Both the position numbers and the translations under genes were made by a program. 33,398 nt of DNA, from assembly GCA_964473825.1 (NCBI GenBank), contig CAYYQL010000009.1, forward strand, positions 1 to 33,398, written 5' to 3'. Shown piece by piece: positions 1 to 9,156 of the stretch. The notes below the pieces were generated by a model, which was given only the letters and a program-made list of their open reading frames with translations, did no database searches and was not told the origin of the DNA. This DNA is from an uncultured archaeon (lineage in GTDB: Archaea; Asgardarchaeota; Thorarchaeia; Thorarchaeales; Thorarchaeaceae). Positions within the stretch are counted from its first letter, which is position 1, and each line of letters starts with the position of its first letter.

Positions 1-30
1 GGCCGATAGAGTCAAGCTCCACTACAGAAA

Positions 31-1806
31 CTACGACGATTTCAAGCCTATCCGTCTCAAGAAAGCGTCGATTGTTGTTGGACGACGGGCAATTCCGTAC
101 TCTGACCAGAGGGTGCATATGATCTCTCCATCAGTTAGACCTTCGTTGTACAGCTTGACAATAATTTCCTTCTCCTCGTCCTTGATTCTCTTTCGATTCA
201 TCGCGTCAAGCATCGATACAATCTGTTTGAGGCGTAGTGATTTGCCGCCAGCTGTGTAGAACAGACCTGTTTCCGCTGACCTTCGCAGAGCGGCCGTCTT
301 GTCAATTCGCACTCCAGTTCGATAGCTACGCGATTCGATACCAAGAGAGTCAAGAAGACGCATCAAGAATCGCTTGTTCGCCTTGCTCGAGATGCCAGCG
401 TGGAAAGCCCTAACGGTTGCAAACCCGTCGCCATCGGCAACGCCACGTAAGAATCCAATCCTAAGAGGCGTTTCAAGATCGAGTACCCACTCCATTTCGA
501 CCGAGTCCCGCGCCTTAGTCTGATGGCCCCTCAAACCGAAGAGAGAAGACCTCATGTACCCTAGAATTGAGCTATGCTTGCTTTCCCATTCGAATCTCCT
601 ATGCGCAGCCCCCGTCTTCTCCTTATATTCACGGCTGCGCCTCGAAACCCTAAGCCCCAATAGACCAAGACAATAGGAGAATGCCTCTCCGAATGTAACG
701 CTCCAGTTGTATGTATCGCTAGCAGTCAGTCTAACCCTTGTCGTTGAGCCAGTCTTCCTTCCGAAACTGCCGTCCGAGAAAATCGCCCCCAAGAGGTACA
801 TGAACGCCGTGGCACCTTCCAACTCAGGATACGTTTTCGCCCAGTTCTTCATCCGACCCGAGGTATGCGGAGTGAGCTGATCCATGACCTCCTCGATATC
901 ACTGGCTCGCCTAATCCGAAGAGGAACCTTGATGAAATCGCCTAGGCCCGACTCTCTCACGGATAGGGGTAACCAACGCTTGCCCCTCCCAGGGGGGCTC
1001 TTCGGAACCGATGCTGCATACTTGATGTAACGGGGAATGGTCCTGTAGAGAATCCATGTCTTCGTTGTTGACTTAGGAGCTCCCGACCTGCGAGCAAAAT
1101 CACTATGGAGACCTCCCTGTTTGAGAGCCTCAAGAAAACGGAAGAACTGCTCGACCCTGTCATTCTCCTCTGAGTGGTTCTTGTGGGTCACTAACAGGCG
1201 CGTAATGTATAGCCTATTCATGGTTCTCTTGTACTCGGAATGGCTGGTGATGCCGTTGAGACTGGAGATTATCTCATCACGGATTCTACAACCCTCACTC
1301 ACGGATAGCCCATTGTGTATGAGGCCGAAGATCTGAGGGAGAGAGATGCCTTTCACCCATTCTTTCACTGTCTCATCCGACACAAGGCAATCCCCAATCC
1401 CGTCGAGGATGAACTGACGAGAGATTACTCTCTTCTCCATCCAGTTCCCATATAATGCATAGAAGAGCCTTGCGTGTTCAATGAGTCTGTCAAAGTCATC
1501 TCTCTCCTTCAACCAGGAGAAGTGGGACTCGATAATATTGATCATCTTCTTAAAAGTCGGCACCTGCCATCCACGGATAGCAGGTACGCGCATAGCCATT
1601 CTGTACACACTCCATTCCTCCGAGTTTAGTTTCAGACCTCTCGACAAGAAACCCAGGCCATCAACCTTATTCCTGTCAACTGCATCCGGGATCGATGTGG
1701 CTTCTTTGAGTCTCCTAGCAAGCCCGGGCTCCCACGATACCTTCTTGGAATTATCCTTAGTAGACTCAATATGAGAGAACAGAACAGGTATCTCCGTTTC
1801 CTTCAA
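31..1806 (-). CDS. Free-standing double-motif LAGLIDADG endonuclease-like protein with HTH-like repeats; 5' end probably truncated
   Basis: Motifs AFMYLLGAIFSDGSF (~769-807) and GFLRGVADGDG (~424-456). HTH-like segments SDETVKEWVKGISLP and ARRSGAPKSTTKTWILYRTIP, plus C-terminal KLYNEGLTDGEI. No intein N-terminal Cys or C-terminal His-Asn. The TTG start directly follows an in-frame TGA. Confidence 0.8.
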   Translation of the reverse strand: MKETEIPVLFSHIESTKDNSKKVSWEPGLARRLKEATSIPDAVDRNKVDGLGFLSRGLKLNSEEWSVYRMAMRVPAIRGWQVPTFKKMINIIESHFSWLKERDDFDRLIEHARLFYALYGNWMEKRVISRQFILDGIGDCLVSDETVKEWVKGISLPQIFGLIHNGLSVSEGCRIRDEIISSLNGITSHSEYKRTMNRLYITRLLVTHKNHSEENDRVEQFFRFLEALKQGGLHSDFARRSGAPKSTTKTWILYRTIPRYIKYAASVPKSPPGRGKRWLPLSVRESGLGDFIKVPLRIRRASDIEEVMDQLTPHTSGRMKNWAKTYPELEGATAFMYLLGAIFSDGSFGRKTGSTTRVRLTASDTYNWSVTFGEAFSYCLGLLGLRVSRRSREYKEKTGAAHRRFEWESKHSSILGYMRSSLFGLRGHQTKARDSVEMEWVLDLETPLRIGFLRGVADGDGFATVRAFHAGISSKANKRFLMRLLDSLGIESRSYRTGVRIDKTAALRRSAETGLFYTAGGKSLRLKQIVSMLDAMNRKRIKDEEKEIIVKLYNEGLTDGEIICTLWSEYGIARRPTTIDAFLRRIGLKSS

Positions 1807-2265
1807 TCACAAAAGAATCTCTCCTTCAGATGCATCGTGTTCGACACCGAGTCTTGATATGTCCTCGATTGAGTACACTCTGGCGTTCCTCACAATCATC
1901 TCAATGTTTTCGTGACGCCTCAGATTCATTATCTCAATTCAATCCTCGACACCTTTCCACTCTGCCGAGAGAGCCACCAGCTGCTGGATCTCCGGATCCT
2001 TTTCGATTAGCCTTTGCAACTCTTCCTCAGACCCCAGATACATATTCTCCACGTATGCTCGGAGAATGTCCCGCCAGCGTCACTCTTCCGCCGTATTCAG
2101 GAGCTCCCTCAGCTCCTCGGGTAACCCATCCTCCTCAATCCATCGCCTGACCTGCTCTGAGTCTACCTCCGTCGCTTCTGCAGGCCCCCTCGACATCAGG
2201 TTCCTCGACCTCAGACTCCTCAACCATTGCCTGAACTCGAAGATAGTCCTCAATCCTCTGCCACA
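1807..2265 (-). pseudogene. Degraded N-terminal extension of the LAGLIDADG protein (acidic HTH-like repeats)
   Basis: Same frame as 31..1806 reads AEATEVDSEQVRRWIEEDGLPEELRELLNTAEE*RWRDILRAYVENMYLGSEEELQRLIEKDPEIQQLVALSAEWKGVED*IEIMNLRRHENIEMIVRNARVYSIEDISRLGVEHDASEGEILL*LKETEIP. TGA codons at 2080-2082, 1939-1941 and 1807-1809. A probable 1-nt frameshift near the C5 run (2185-2189) links to LWQRIEDYLRVQAMVEESEVEEPDVEG. Confidence 0.7.
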
Positions 2266-2439
2266 GACTTCATGGAGAGTCCGATGAATCCCGCAGCAGT
2301 CGCACTCATCCTCATTGGGAACCTGCTAGCCACCACTGTCACACGCTGTACCCGTTTTCGTCAGGCAGGATATGTACCCAGAAGGATCCTGAGCGCCACC
2401 CTAACCAGATAGACGGTAAGTCATCACTAGTCACGCACT

Positions 2440-2720
2440 GCCGCAGGAAGCTACGCCCCGACCTCAATACCCTGCGCAGAATCGCCCATCACGCAGTCCT
2501 CGTTCCATAGATTCCCCCGCACTTCTGAGCTATGTGCCACGGCATGTACAGCCCCAGCCCTGCTCGGCGTCGCGACGGCTGAAGGAGCCCCACCCTGATG
2601 TCCCGCCGGATGCCCGGCCCGTTGTCTGCAACCCGCAGTTCGTACCCAGTGGACACCGGCATTGACACTCACCCAGGCATGCTTCTCATCTGAAGAGTAC
2701 AATCTTTTCCGGATTGCAAC
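2440..2720 (-). pseudogene. Histidine kinase HATPase_c domain remnant (frameshifted)
   Basis: Stitched frames give AIRK..SSDEKHAWVSV / TGYELRVADNGPGIRRDIRVGLLQPSRRRAGLGLYMPWHIAQKCGG / NLWNEDCVMGDSAQGIEVGA*LP. G1 box DNGPG at ~2609-2629 and G2 box GLGL at ~2549-2560. Confidence 0.75.
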
Positions 2721-2773
2721 TCTTAAGAGGCAGGAAATGCAATTGGTGGACAAATCACCTCCGAGGTGAAACG

Positions 2774-3343
2774 ATGCCTTTCACATTATTCCACTACCCT
2801 GTTGCATACCTACTCAAACAGGCCGACAGGAGGCTCTCACTTCCCGCCCTTGCAGTCGGGTCTGTCATGCCAGATATTGAGGTGCCGTTAATGTGGATTC
2901 TGTTCCCCGGCTCTCAATACGACCACTTGCTTCTCCATAGCCTCGTGGGGGCCATGACAGTCGGACTGGCCGCAACAATCTTTGTCACAATCCTCATCTA
3001 TCCACAATTGGTGGGCACCTTGTTCGGACTGGAAAAGGAGTCAATAGCCAAAGAATGTGAAGTATCTAGAATCGTGATTCTGTCAGCTGTGCTCGGACTT
3101 ATGGGGCACCTTCTACTGGATATCACAATGCACTGGTACAATCCACTGCTATGGCCATGGATTGAGCCAACAGCTATCGTAGGACCTCTCGTGAGCCTCT
3201 TTGCCTTTGATGGCAACATAGAAGTGACGGGGTTCTTGATAGCAAACACACTTGTGAACGCTATGATGATATTGCTCTTTTTGGCGGTGATTGCACGAGA
3301 GTGGGGAGGGGGCATGTGGGAGAGACTCTGGGTTAAGGGGTAA
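2774..3343 (+). CDS. DUF4184-like membrane protein (putative membrane-bound metal-dependent hydrolase)
   Basis: MPFTLFHYP start, LPALAVGSVMPD, HS and GHLLLD motifs, several TM helices. GAGGTGA RBS precedes ATG 2774. Confidence 0.75.
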   Translation: MPFTLFHYPVAYLLKQADRRLSLPALAVGSVMPDIEVPLMWILFPGSQYDHLLLHSLVGAMTVGLAATIFVTILIYPQLVGTLFGLEKESIAKECEVSRIVILSAVLGLMGHLLLDITMHWYNPLLWPWIEPTAIVGPLVSLFAFDGNIEVTGFLIANTLVNAMMILLFLAVIAREWGGGMWERLWVKG

Positions 3344-3365
3344 GAACACCCTCACTCTTACCCCT
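3336..3365. terminator. Hairpin between convergent genes (possible bidirectional terminator)
   Basis: Perfect 10-bp inverted repeat AGGGGTAAGA (3336-3345) / TCTTACCCCT (3356-3365) overlapping the stop codons of two convergent genes. Confidence 0.5.
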
Positions 3366-3876
3366 AATCCCGGGTTGCAGTTTGCTTCTTCTTTCTTTGT
3401 ATGACTGTGTATATGGCGGCAATCAGGATAGCCCCCAGTGCAAGAGCGCCGATTGGAGGGATATACACACGCATTCCTTTTTCGAGGTGGTTCTCAATCC
3501 AAGTTTCAGAAAGGATCCACTGAGAAACTGGTGAGAGCACCACATAGAAGAGCTCTGGCAATGGACCTGTGAGGACATACTCACCTGACTTCCCAGTAGT
3601 CTTTGCCAAGTAGTTGGCTGGTTCACCGCCGATGGTCAGATTATACTGGCTCTGCGCAACAATCCAGATGGTGACTGCCACATCGTCAGCCGCCCAGTAC
3701 AAGGAATGAATCTCGCTATTTGCAGTCATTGCATTACACCAAACAATCTCGTGCATTCCAGCACCCAATAGTGTCCGGCTGGAACCGTGCTTCGATGCCG
3801 TAACCGGACTTGCCAAAGCAGACAGAAGAACAGCTGTGACTAGCAACACAACGGACATGCTGGTTCTCTGCATCAT
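3364..3876 (-). CDS. Hypothetical exported protein with C-terminal membrane anchor
   Basis: Signal-peptide-like VVLLVTAVLLSALASPVTA. C-terminal TM helix followed by basic RKKK. Start placed at MMQRTS. Confidence 0.65.
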   Translation of the reverse strand: MMQRTSMSVVLLVTAVLLSALASPVTASKHGSSRTLLGAGMHEIVWCNAMTANSEIHSLYWAADDVAVTIWIVAQSQYNLTIGGEPANYLAKTTGKSGEYVLTGPLPELFYVVLSPVSQWILSETWIENHLEKGMRVYIPPIGALALGAILIAAIYTVIQRKKKQTATRD

Positions 3877-3980
3877 AGCCACATCACTCCATGATTCTAT
3901 TCCTGCCCTCACAAATATCACGATTTCGTTCAGTGAGAAATCTCTTGTGCCTTCTTCACCAAAGGAAAATCACAGATGAT

Positions 3981-4835
3981 CTACGAGAGGTGTTTTTGGA
4001 CATAGGATGTCTTTACAACGGAGGCAATATCTGGGAAATCGCTCAGATCGTCCAGACTCAGACTCCGAAGGTCCCTGCCAAGACTTGCAGATTCCCGGTC
4101 AATCCAATGCTCACGTTCGGCTCTAGCCAGAACTGAGGCCGAAGCCACGGCCATCTCATCTTCAGCTCGAGGGCGCTGAACCACTTCAATCTTCGCTGCA
4201 GCCAAGACGCGAGAAAGGCGATATGCAGTCTTCTTCCTGGCGAACTCATCAACCACAATTCCAGAGATAGCGAGATTCTTCTTGCCAAGCTCTTCTACAA
4301 CGTCGCCTATAGCAGTCGCGTGGCCCCACGCAAGCAGGTCATTGAGATTCTTTCCCTCGTTCTTGAAAGTCGCTAACATCTGATTGAAGCGTGCAGGGCT
4401 GATGAGAACCACATTGAATGCCTCGGCTTCTTCTCTGATCCTTTGCTGGAGCATCTCGATAGCATCCAGAGACAGGTTCTTACTATCCATAACCCCCCAC
4501 GACCTCAGTTTGGCAGCCGTGTTTGGTCTGACAGCTACCGCGGCAATAACAAGAGGCCCGAGCCATTCTCCCTTACCTGCTTCGTCAGACCCTATCTTTA
4601 GTTCATCCGACTCTGAGGAGTAGACAGACTGGACAGCCCGTTCCAGCAGCTCATCTGCCATTCTGTTGTTGGACAGAACTCGGCCGGTCTTGTAAGCGAC
4701 TATGGTCCCTCCGGAGTATGCAATCCGAAAGAGCTCGTGTTTGCTTTTCACGTCCAGTCGGCTGGTTGCATCATTCTCCAGCAGGGAGCGCTCAAGCTCA
4801 CGAAGTCTGTCCTTGTCAACACTCACTGATCTCAT
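3981..4835 (-). CDS. rnhC: Ribonuclease HIII-like (type 2 RNase H with N-terminal TBP-like extension)
   Basis: IGSDEAGKG, GVMDSK, VVDEF and AVASASVLAR motifs. N-terminal FRIAYSGGTIVAYKTGRVL resembles the RNase HIII TBP-like domain. Confidence 0.75.
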   Translation of the reverse strand: MRSVSVDKDRLRELERSLLENDATSRLDVKSKHELFRIAYSGGTIVAYKTGRVLSNNRMADELLERAVQSVYSSESDELKIGSDEAGKGEWLGPLVIAAVAVRPNTAAKLRSWGVMDSKNLSLDAIEMLQQRIREEAEAFNVVLISPARFNQMLATFKNEGKNLNDLLAWGHATAIGDVVEELGKKNLAISGIVVDEFARKKTAYRLSRVLAAAKIEVVQRPRAEDEMAVASASVLARAEREHWIDRESASLGRDLRSLSLDDLSDFPDIASVVKTSYVQKHLS

Positions 4836-4908
4836 GCTGGTCTCCTCTAACGCAACAATCACCAACTGTCCAAGATGAGAAGAATCTTGTCCTTTCAGCG
4901 ATGATCGA

Positions 4909-5715
4909 TTAGGATCCCGTTGTAAGGCGTAGATGGGTCACGTCACCTACTCGGACCCTATGTCGATTTCCAGATGAATCAATAACAATCAATGAACCAT
5001 CATCCTCCAATGATTGAACCTCTCCCCTTACTTCACCATCTTGAGTTTCAACCTTCACCATTTGTCCTATGGTGGTCATCATCCTTCGACTCTCTTCAAC
5101 TAGTGCTGAATATGACTGGTTCTTCTCCACTTCGTCGAGGAGTTCATCAACATGTCGAAGTACTGACAAAAGGACAACTCCCACATCTGATTCGAAACCC
5201 GTCTCGGTCACGACAGCAGTTGCCTTCTGTGCAGCGTGCATTAGGTCAGGACCAGGTTCAGTATTCAGATTGATGCCTACGCCACAGACCACTCTGAACC
5301 CACCCTCTTCTGTGGCGACCAGCTCACTCAGGACACCCGCCACTTTTCTGCCAGACAGCATGACATCGTTTGGCCACTTGAAACCCACAGTGAGACCGCT
5401 AGTCTCACGAAGTGCCCTGACAACAGCACAACCCACAAGCAGACCAAGAAGATGTGCCTTTTCTATCTCAAGGCGCGGTATTAGGATGAAGGACGCATAG
5501 AGTCCGCCCTCTGGAGAGAGCCATTGCCGATTGTATCGTCCTCGTCCACGTGTCTGCGTCTTAGAGACCACCACTGCTCCGTCTTGGGCACCCCTACGAG
5601 CAAGCTCCTTTGCGATATCATTTGTGGAAGTAGTTGATTCCATCACTGATAACCTGGGTTGAAGAACCTTGAATCTGGTTCTGTCAATACGCTCAGAGAG
5701 TTCAATCAACTTCAT
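4909..5715 (-). CDS. birA: Biotin-protein ligase (no N-terminal HTH)
   Basis: STN, QTRGRGRYNRQWLSP, KWPND, KVAGVL and GINLN motifs, plus SH3-like C-terminus. Probable start at MKLIEL. Confidence 0.93.
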   Translation of the reverse strand: MKLIELSERIDRTRFKVLQPRLSVMESTTSTNDIAKELARRGAQDGAVVVSKTQTRGRGRYNRQWLSPEGGLYASFILIPRLEIEKAHLLGLLVGCAVVRALRETSGLTVGFKWPNDVMLSGRKVAGVLSELVATEEGGFRVVCGVGINLNTEPGPDLMHAAQKATAVVTETGFESDVGVVLLSVLRHVDELLDEVEKNQSYSALVEESRRMMTTIGQMVKVETQDGEVRGEVQSLEDDGSLIVIDSSGNRHRVRVGDVTHLRLTTGS

Positions 5716-5825
5716 GGATGTTTCACGGCCATGTCTATGCGGAATATATGATTCGAGCATCTTCATAGTCACAAATAGCACTTATATTGGGTTTGTCAGG
5801 CTACGTTCTTACACGAGGGAAATCA

Positions 5826-6656
5826 ATGACAAGTTTCGCAGGAGCAGTCATCCTGCCAGAGTTGCACAAGACTCTGGTCTTCAAGAATCGCGACATGAGC
5901 ACCTCGAGTCATGAGGACACGCTCTTCTATGATGTGGATTGCTTTGGTGTCAAAGGCATCGATGCGGTCAGTGGTGATACTGAAGGTCTTGCAATAGGTG
6001 TCAACAGGTATGGATTAGCTGTCGCAAACACATACGTGAAGCACACAGATGATGCCTCATATCATGCCCTCACAGAACAGATACTCATGTTCGGGAAAGA
6101 TGCCGAGGACGGCCTTCAGATGATTGTAGACCATCTCAAGTCAGGTAGACATTATCAGTGGGGCAATCTCGTGCTGGGTGACAACAGAAGCACGCTTGTA
6201 ATAGAGATTGCAGGAGACCAGCACAATATCGAGTGGTCTGAGAGAAAGGTCCTCAGAACCAATCATCACATCATGCTTGAAACAGAGGAGAATCTTCGAG
6301 AGCTCTACTCGCAAGACGGAAACACTACTCATGATGACTCATTACAGCGTTTCGAGCGCGGCTATGAACTCATCAGAAGGGCCAGCAGTGTCCGAGAGGT
6401 ATTCGAAATACTGAAGGATCATGGCTCAGAAAAAGGGCCTGCTAGTCTCTGTAAGCACGCCGTGGCGGGTGAGCAGTCAGCCACAGTGATGAGCTATGTC
6501 GTGGAAATAGACCATGAACAGGACTCGGAAAGACCTAAGATTGTTTTCCATGCGGCCAAAAGCAACCCCTGTGAGTCCTCCTACACATCGATTCCACTAG
6601 TCTTCCCAGCAGACGAAGAGATTATGAAACGAGCCATGCAGATTTTTCCCAAGTAG
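5826..6656 (+). CDS. Ntn-hydrolase, C45/acyltransferase-like
   Basis: N-terminal strand TSFAGAV..FKNRD, GVNRYGLAVAN, RTNH, S..RF and LKDH..LCKH patterns. Confidence 0.65.
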   Translation: MTSFAGAVILPELHKTLVFKNRDMSTSSHEDTLFYDVDCFGVKGIDAVSGDTEGLAIGVNRYGLAVANTYVKHTDDASYHALTEQILMFGKDAEDGLQMIVDHLKSGRHYQWGNLVLGDNRSTLVIEIAGDQHNIEWSERKVLRTNHHIMLETEENLRELYSQDGNTTHDDSLQRFERGYELIRRASSVREVFEILKDHGSEKGPASLCKHAVAGEQSATVMSYVVEIDHEQDSERPKIVFHAAKSNPCESSYTSIPLVFPADEEIMKRAMQIFPK

Positions 6657-6667
6657 TAATCCGTTCA

Positions 6668-7954
6668 TCAGGTTGAATCAAACATCCTCTCTTCTGCAAT
6701 CTCAACAACCTGCGCCTCGCGTAGAGCCCGCATCCGTCGTTCCTTGTCCTTGAAGAACACATAAAACAGGAGAACGGCAAGCAAATACAGGCCCGATACC
6801 AAGAGATATGGAAGCCTGTACATCTTCTGAGCCAACAGCCACCCGCCGATATTGGCAGCTATCCCCCTTACGAGCGAGTCTCCAGCTCGTACTATACCGT
6901 TAGCCGTCGAACGCTCTTCTTTGGCTAGTCCTTCCATAAAGAAAGCATGTGATACGGGACCTGCCATATTCATCAGGACAGTTCGTGATACATAGGCAAT
7001 CACTGCAAGGTAGAGATAAGGAGCCCAAGATATCATCAAGAGGAACGGTATTGACAAGGCCTGGGTCACAACGACCGTCTTCACCTTCCCAATCCTATCA
7101 GATAATGCAGGCGCCAAAAAATTGCCACTAGCCAGCACAATAGTGTTGATGCCAAAGATGATGCCAATCAATTCGGGGCTGGCACTGAACTCGTTCTTGA
7201 AGAATATGTTGAAGAACATGACAATCATCCCGGCTCCGAGACCGACAGTTGTAACAGTGGCAGAGTACTTCCCTATGAAATCCCAATTCTTCACATTATC
7301 CAGTCCGAAACCGAATGTTGAAGGTGTTGCTTTGTCTGGAGTCATTCGTGAAACGAGAAGCACAGCCACTGCCATCGGTAACAGACTGATGTACAGTGTT
7401 ATCCGATAGGGCAAGACAAGGGTTCCTGTGGCTCCTAGTGCCTGATGAATCAATCCGGGAAGAAACCCTCCGGCTAGATTGCCTATAAGAACTGACAGGA
7501 GAGAGAATCCTCCACTGATACCAAACAGATGAGCTCTCTCTTCATCGGTTGAAAGATCTGCGATATACGGCGATAATGAAACCTGTGTAAACGCACTGGC
7601 TAAACCAAGAAACACCTGAGAGACGATGAGCCCTATCGGGTTGAGGGTCGTGTACTGGGCAGCAATAGCGATTGCCGACACAATATTAGAGGCGACCACG
7701 ACCTTCTTTCTGCTTGCTCTGTCAGTGAACAGTCCTGCAGGGATGGCAACCAATGCTGTCGCGAACATGGATATCGAGAGAAAGAATCCCAAGAAGTCCT
7801 CCCCGAAACCAGCCTCCACCATGTAGAGATTGAAGATCACATTTGAGATGCCGAATGAGAGAGAGTTTGTTGCACCCACTGCGATGTAAAGACGTGCATC
7901 CCGCTTGAACAGTCGCAAGCGGTCCAAGTAGCCAAGCTTTGACGACTCTGTCAA
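6668..7954 (-). CDS. MFS transporter
   Basis: About 12 hydrophobic segments, with motif-A-like GLFTDRASRK and ALSDRIGK. Confidence 0.9.
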   Translation of the reverse strand: MTESSKLGYLDRLRLFKRDARLYIAVGATNSLSFGISNVIFNLYMVEAGFGEDFLGFFLSISMFATALVAIPAGLFTDRASRKKVVVASNIVSAIAIAAQYTTLNPIGLIVSQVFLGLASAFTQVSLSPYIADLSTDEERAHLFGISGGFSLLSVLIGNLAGGFLPGLIHQALGATGTLVLPYRITLYISLLPMAVAVLLVSRMTPDKATPSTFGFGLDNVKNWDFIGKYSATVTTVGLGAGMIVMFFNIFFKNEFSASPELIGIIFGINTIVLASGNFLAPALSDRIGKVKTVVVTQALSIPFLLMISWAPYLYLAVIAYVSRTVLMNMAGPVSHAFFMEGLAKEERSTANGIVRAGDSLVRGIAANIGGWLLAQKMYRLPYLLVSGLYLLAVLLFYVFFKDKERRMRALREAQVVEIAEERMFDST

Positions 7955-8066
7955 ATGTCTGGTCTCCTGACTAGAGCTTGCGGCTCACCGATACGGTTGG
8001 CCTTTATGCCTTGCTGATTGCGCACAGACCGCAACCTAAATCATTCACCAAGCTCAATCAGACAGT

Positions 8067-9116
8067 ATGAAGAAGATAGAACTCCGAAGCGATACCTTCA
8101 CACTTCCTACAGACGAGATGATAGATGCTATAACGACTGCGCATAGAGAGGGGCGCCTTGGTGATGATGTGGCTGGGGAGGACGAAGTGGTCAACGAACT
8201 CCAAGAGAAGACTGCCAAGCTACTTGGCAAGGAGGCCTCCCTATTGGTGACCTCTGGCACTCAAGGCAATATTGCTTCGCTGCTGGCTCAAGCGCAGCGA
8301 GGAGACGAGATTGTGGTGGAAGAAGAATCGCATACATACCTCTTCGAGGCAGGTTCTATGGCTTCACTAGGAGGTCTTTTCCCGAAGCCCGTGAAAGGAC
8401 AGAGAGGATACATCACTCCGGACACGCTGGATTCCGCGGTTAATCCAGACGACCCGCACTATGCAAGAACTTCCATGGTTGTCATCGAAAACACTCACAA
8501 CTATGCAGGCGGAGTCGTTGTTGAACCTGAAAAGGCCGATGCCCTTGCAGAAGTCGCACATGATCATGGAATGCGGATTCACTGTGATGGAGCCAGACTG
8601 TTCAATGCAGCTGTTGCACTAGACATTCCTGCACACCGTCTTGTGAAGAATGTCGATAGCGTGCAGATCTGCTTGAGCAAGGGGCTCTCTGCACCTGTGG
8701 GCTCGATGATAGCAGGCACCGAGGAGTTTATTCATGAAGCGCATCGGTGGAGGAAGAAGCTCGGTGGAGGCATGCGCCAAGCAGGCATCATTGCTGCACC
8801 TGGAATCGTAGCAATCGAGAAGATGGTTGACAGGCTCAAAGACGACCATGCAAACGCTCAAGACTTCTACGAGAGGATCTCAAGAGTATCAGGACTTGAG
8901 GTGGAGAGACCTGACACTAACATCTTGTTCATTGGTCTCAGTAACTTCGAGATTGATGCGCAGAACCTCTCAGAGGAGCTGGAATCCCATGGGATTCTGG
9001 TCTATGGAGGCTATGGGAAGAGAACTAGATTCGTGTTCAGTAGAATGGTTGAGTCGGATGATGTGCTCTATGTCGCAAGCGTCCTCGAAGACATACTGGA
9101 GAAGCATAGGAAGTGA
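8067..9116 (+). CDS. ltaE: Low-specificity L-threonine aldolase
   Basis: ELRSDT, GDDV..ED, SGTQGN, ENTHN, HCDGARLFNA, CLSKGLSAPVGS (PLP lysine) and GGGMRQAG. Confidence 0.93.
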   Translation: MKKIELRSDTFTLPTDEMIDAITTAHREGRLGDDVAGEDEVVNELQEKTAKLLGKEASLLVTSGTQGNIASLLAQAQRGDEIVVEEESHTYLFEAGSMASLGGLFPKPVKGQRGYITPDTLDSAVNPDDPHYARTSMVVIENTHNYAGGVVVEPEKADALAEVAHDHGMRIHCDGARLFNAAVALDIPAHRLVKNVDSVQICLSKGLSAPVGSMIAGTEEFIHEAHRWRKKLGGGMRQAGIIAAPGIVAIEKMVDRLKDDHANAQDFYERISRVSGLEVERPDTNILFIGLSNFEIDAQNLSEELESHGILVYGGYGKRTRFVFSRMVESDDVLYVASVLEDILEKHRK

Positions 9117-9156
9117 CCTGTGAATAGAGGTGAGAATATACTCCTCTTCGATTGAA

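Noticed and set aside
31-1806. Intein or intron-encoded endonuclease
   Set aside because: No Hint/splice motifs, extein or flanking RNA gene is visible. The right flank is decayed coding sequence, although only 30 nt of the left flank can be seen.
1807-2082. Selenocysteine recoding of the in-frame TGAs
   Set aside because: The positions correspond to Trp/aromatic or probable Arg residues, not Cys, and there is no redox motif or SECIS.
2451-2753. 100-aa ORF as a genuine gene
   Set aside because: It is a chimera of kinase flanks and an out-of-frame middle section.
7956-8065. Inverted repeats in the MFS/ltaE divergent gap (TGTCTG/CAGACA, GAGCTTG/CAAGCTC, TTGCGG/CCGCAA)
   Set aside because: They are short and partly mutually exclusive, and the region must also hold two promoters. 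Not distinguishable from chance by eye.
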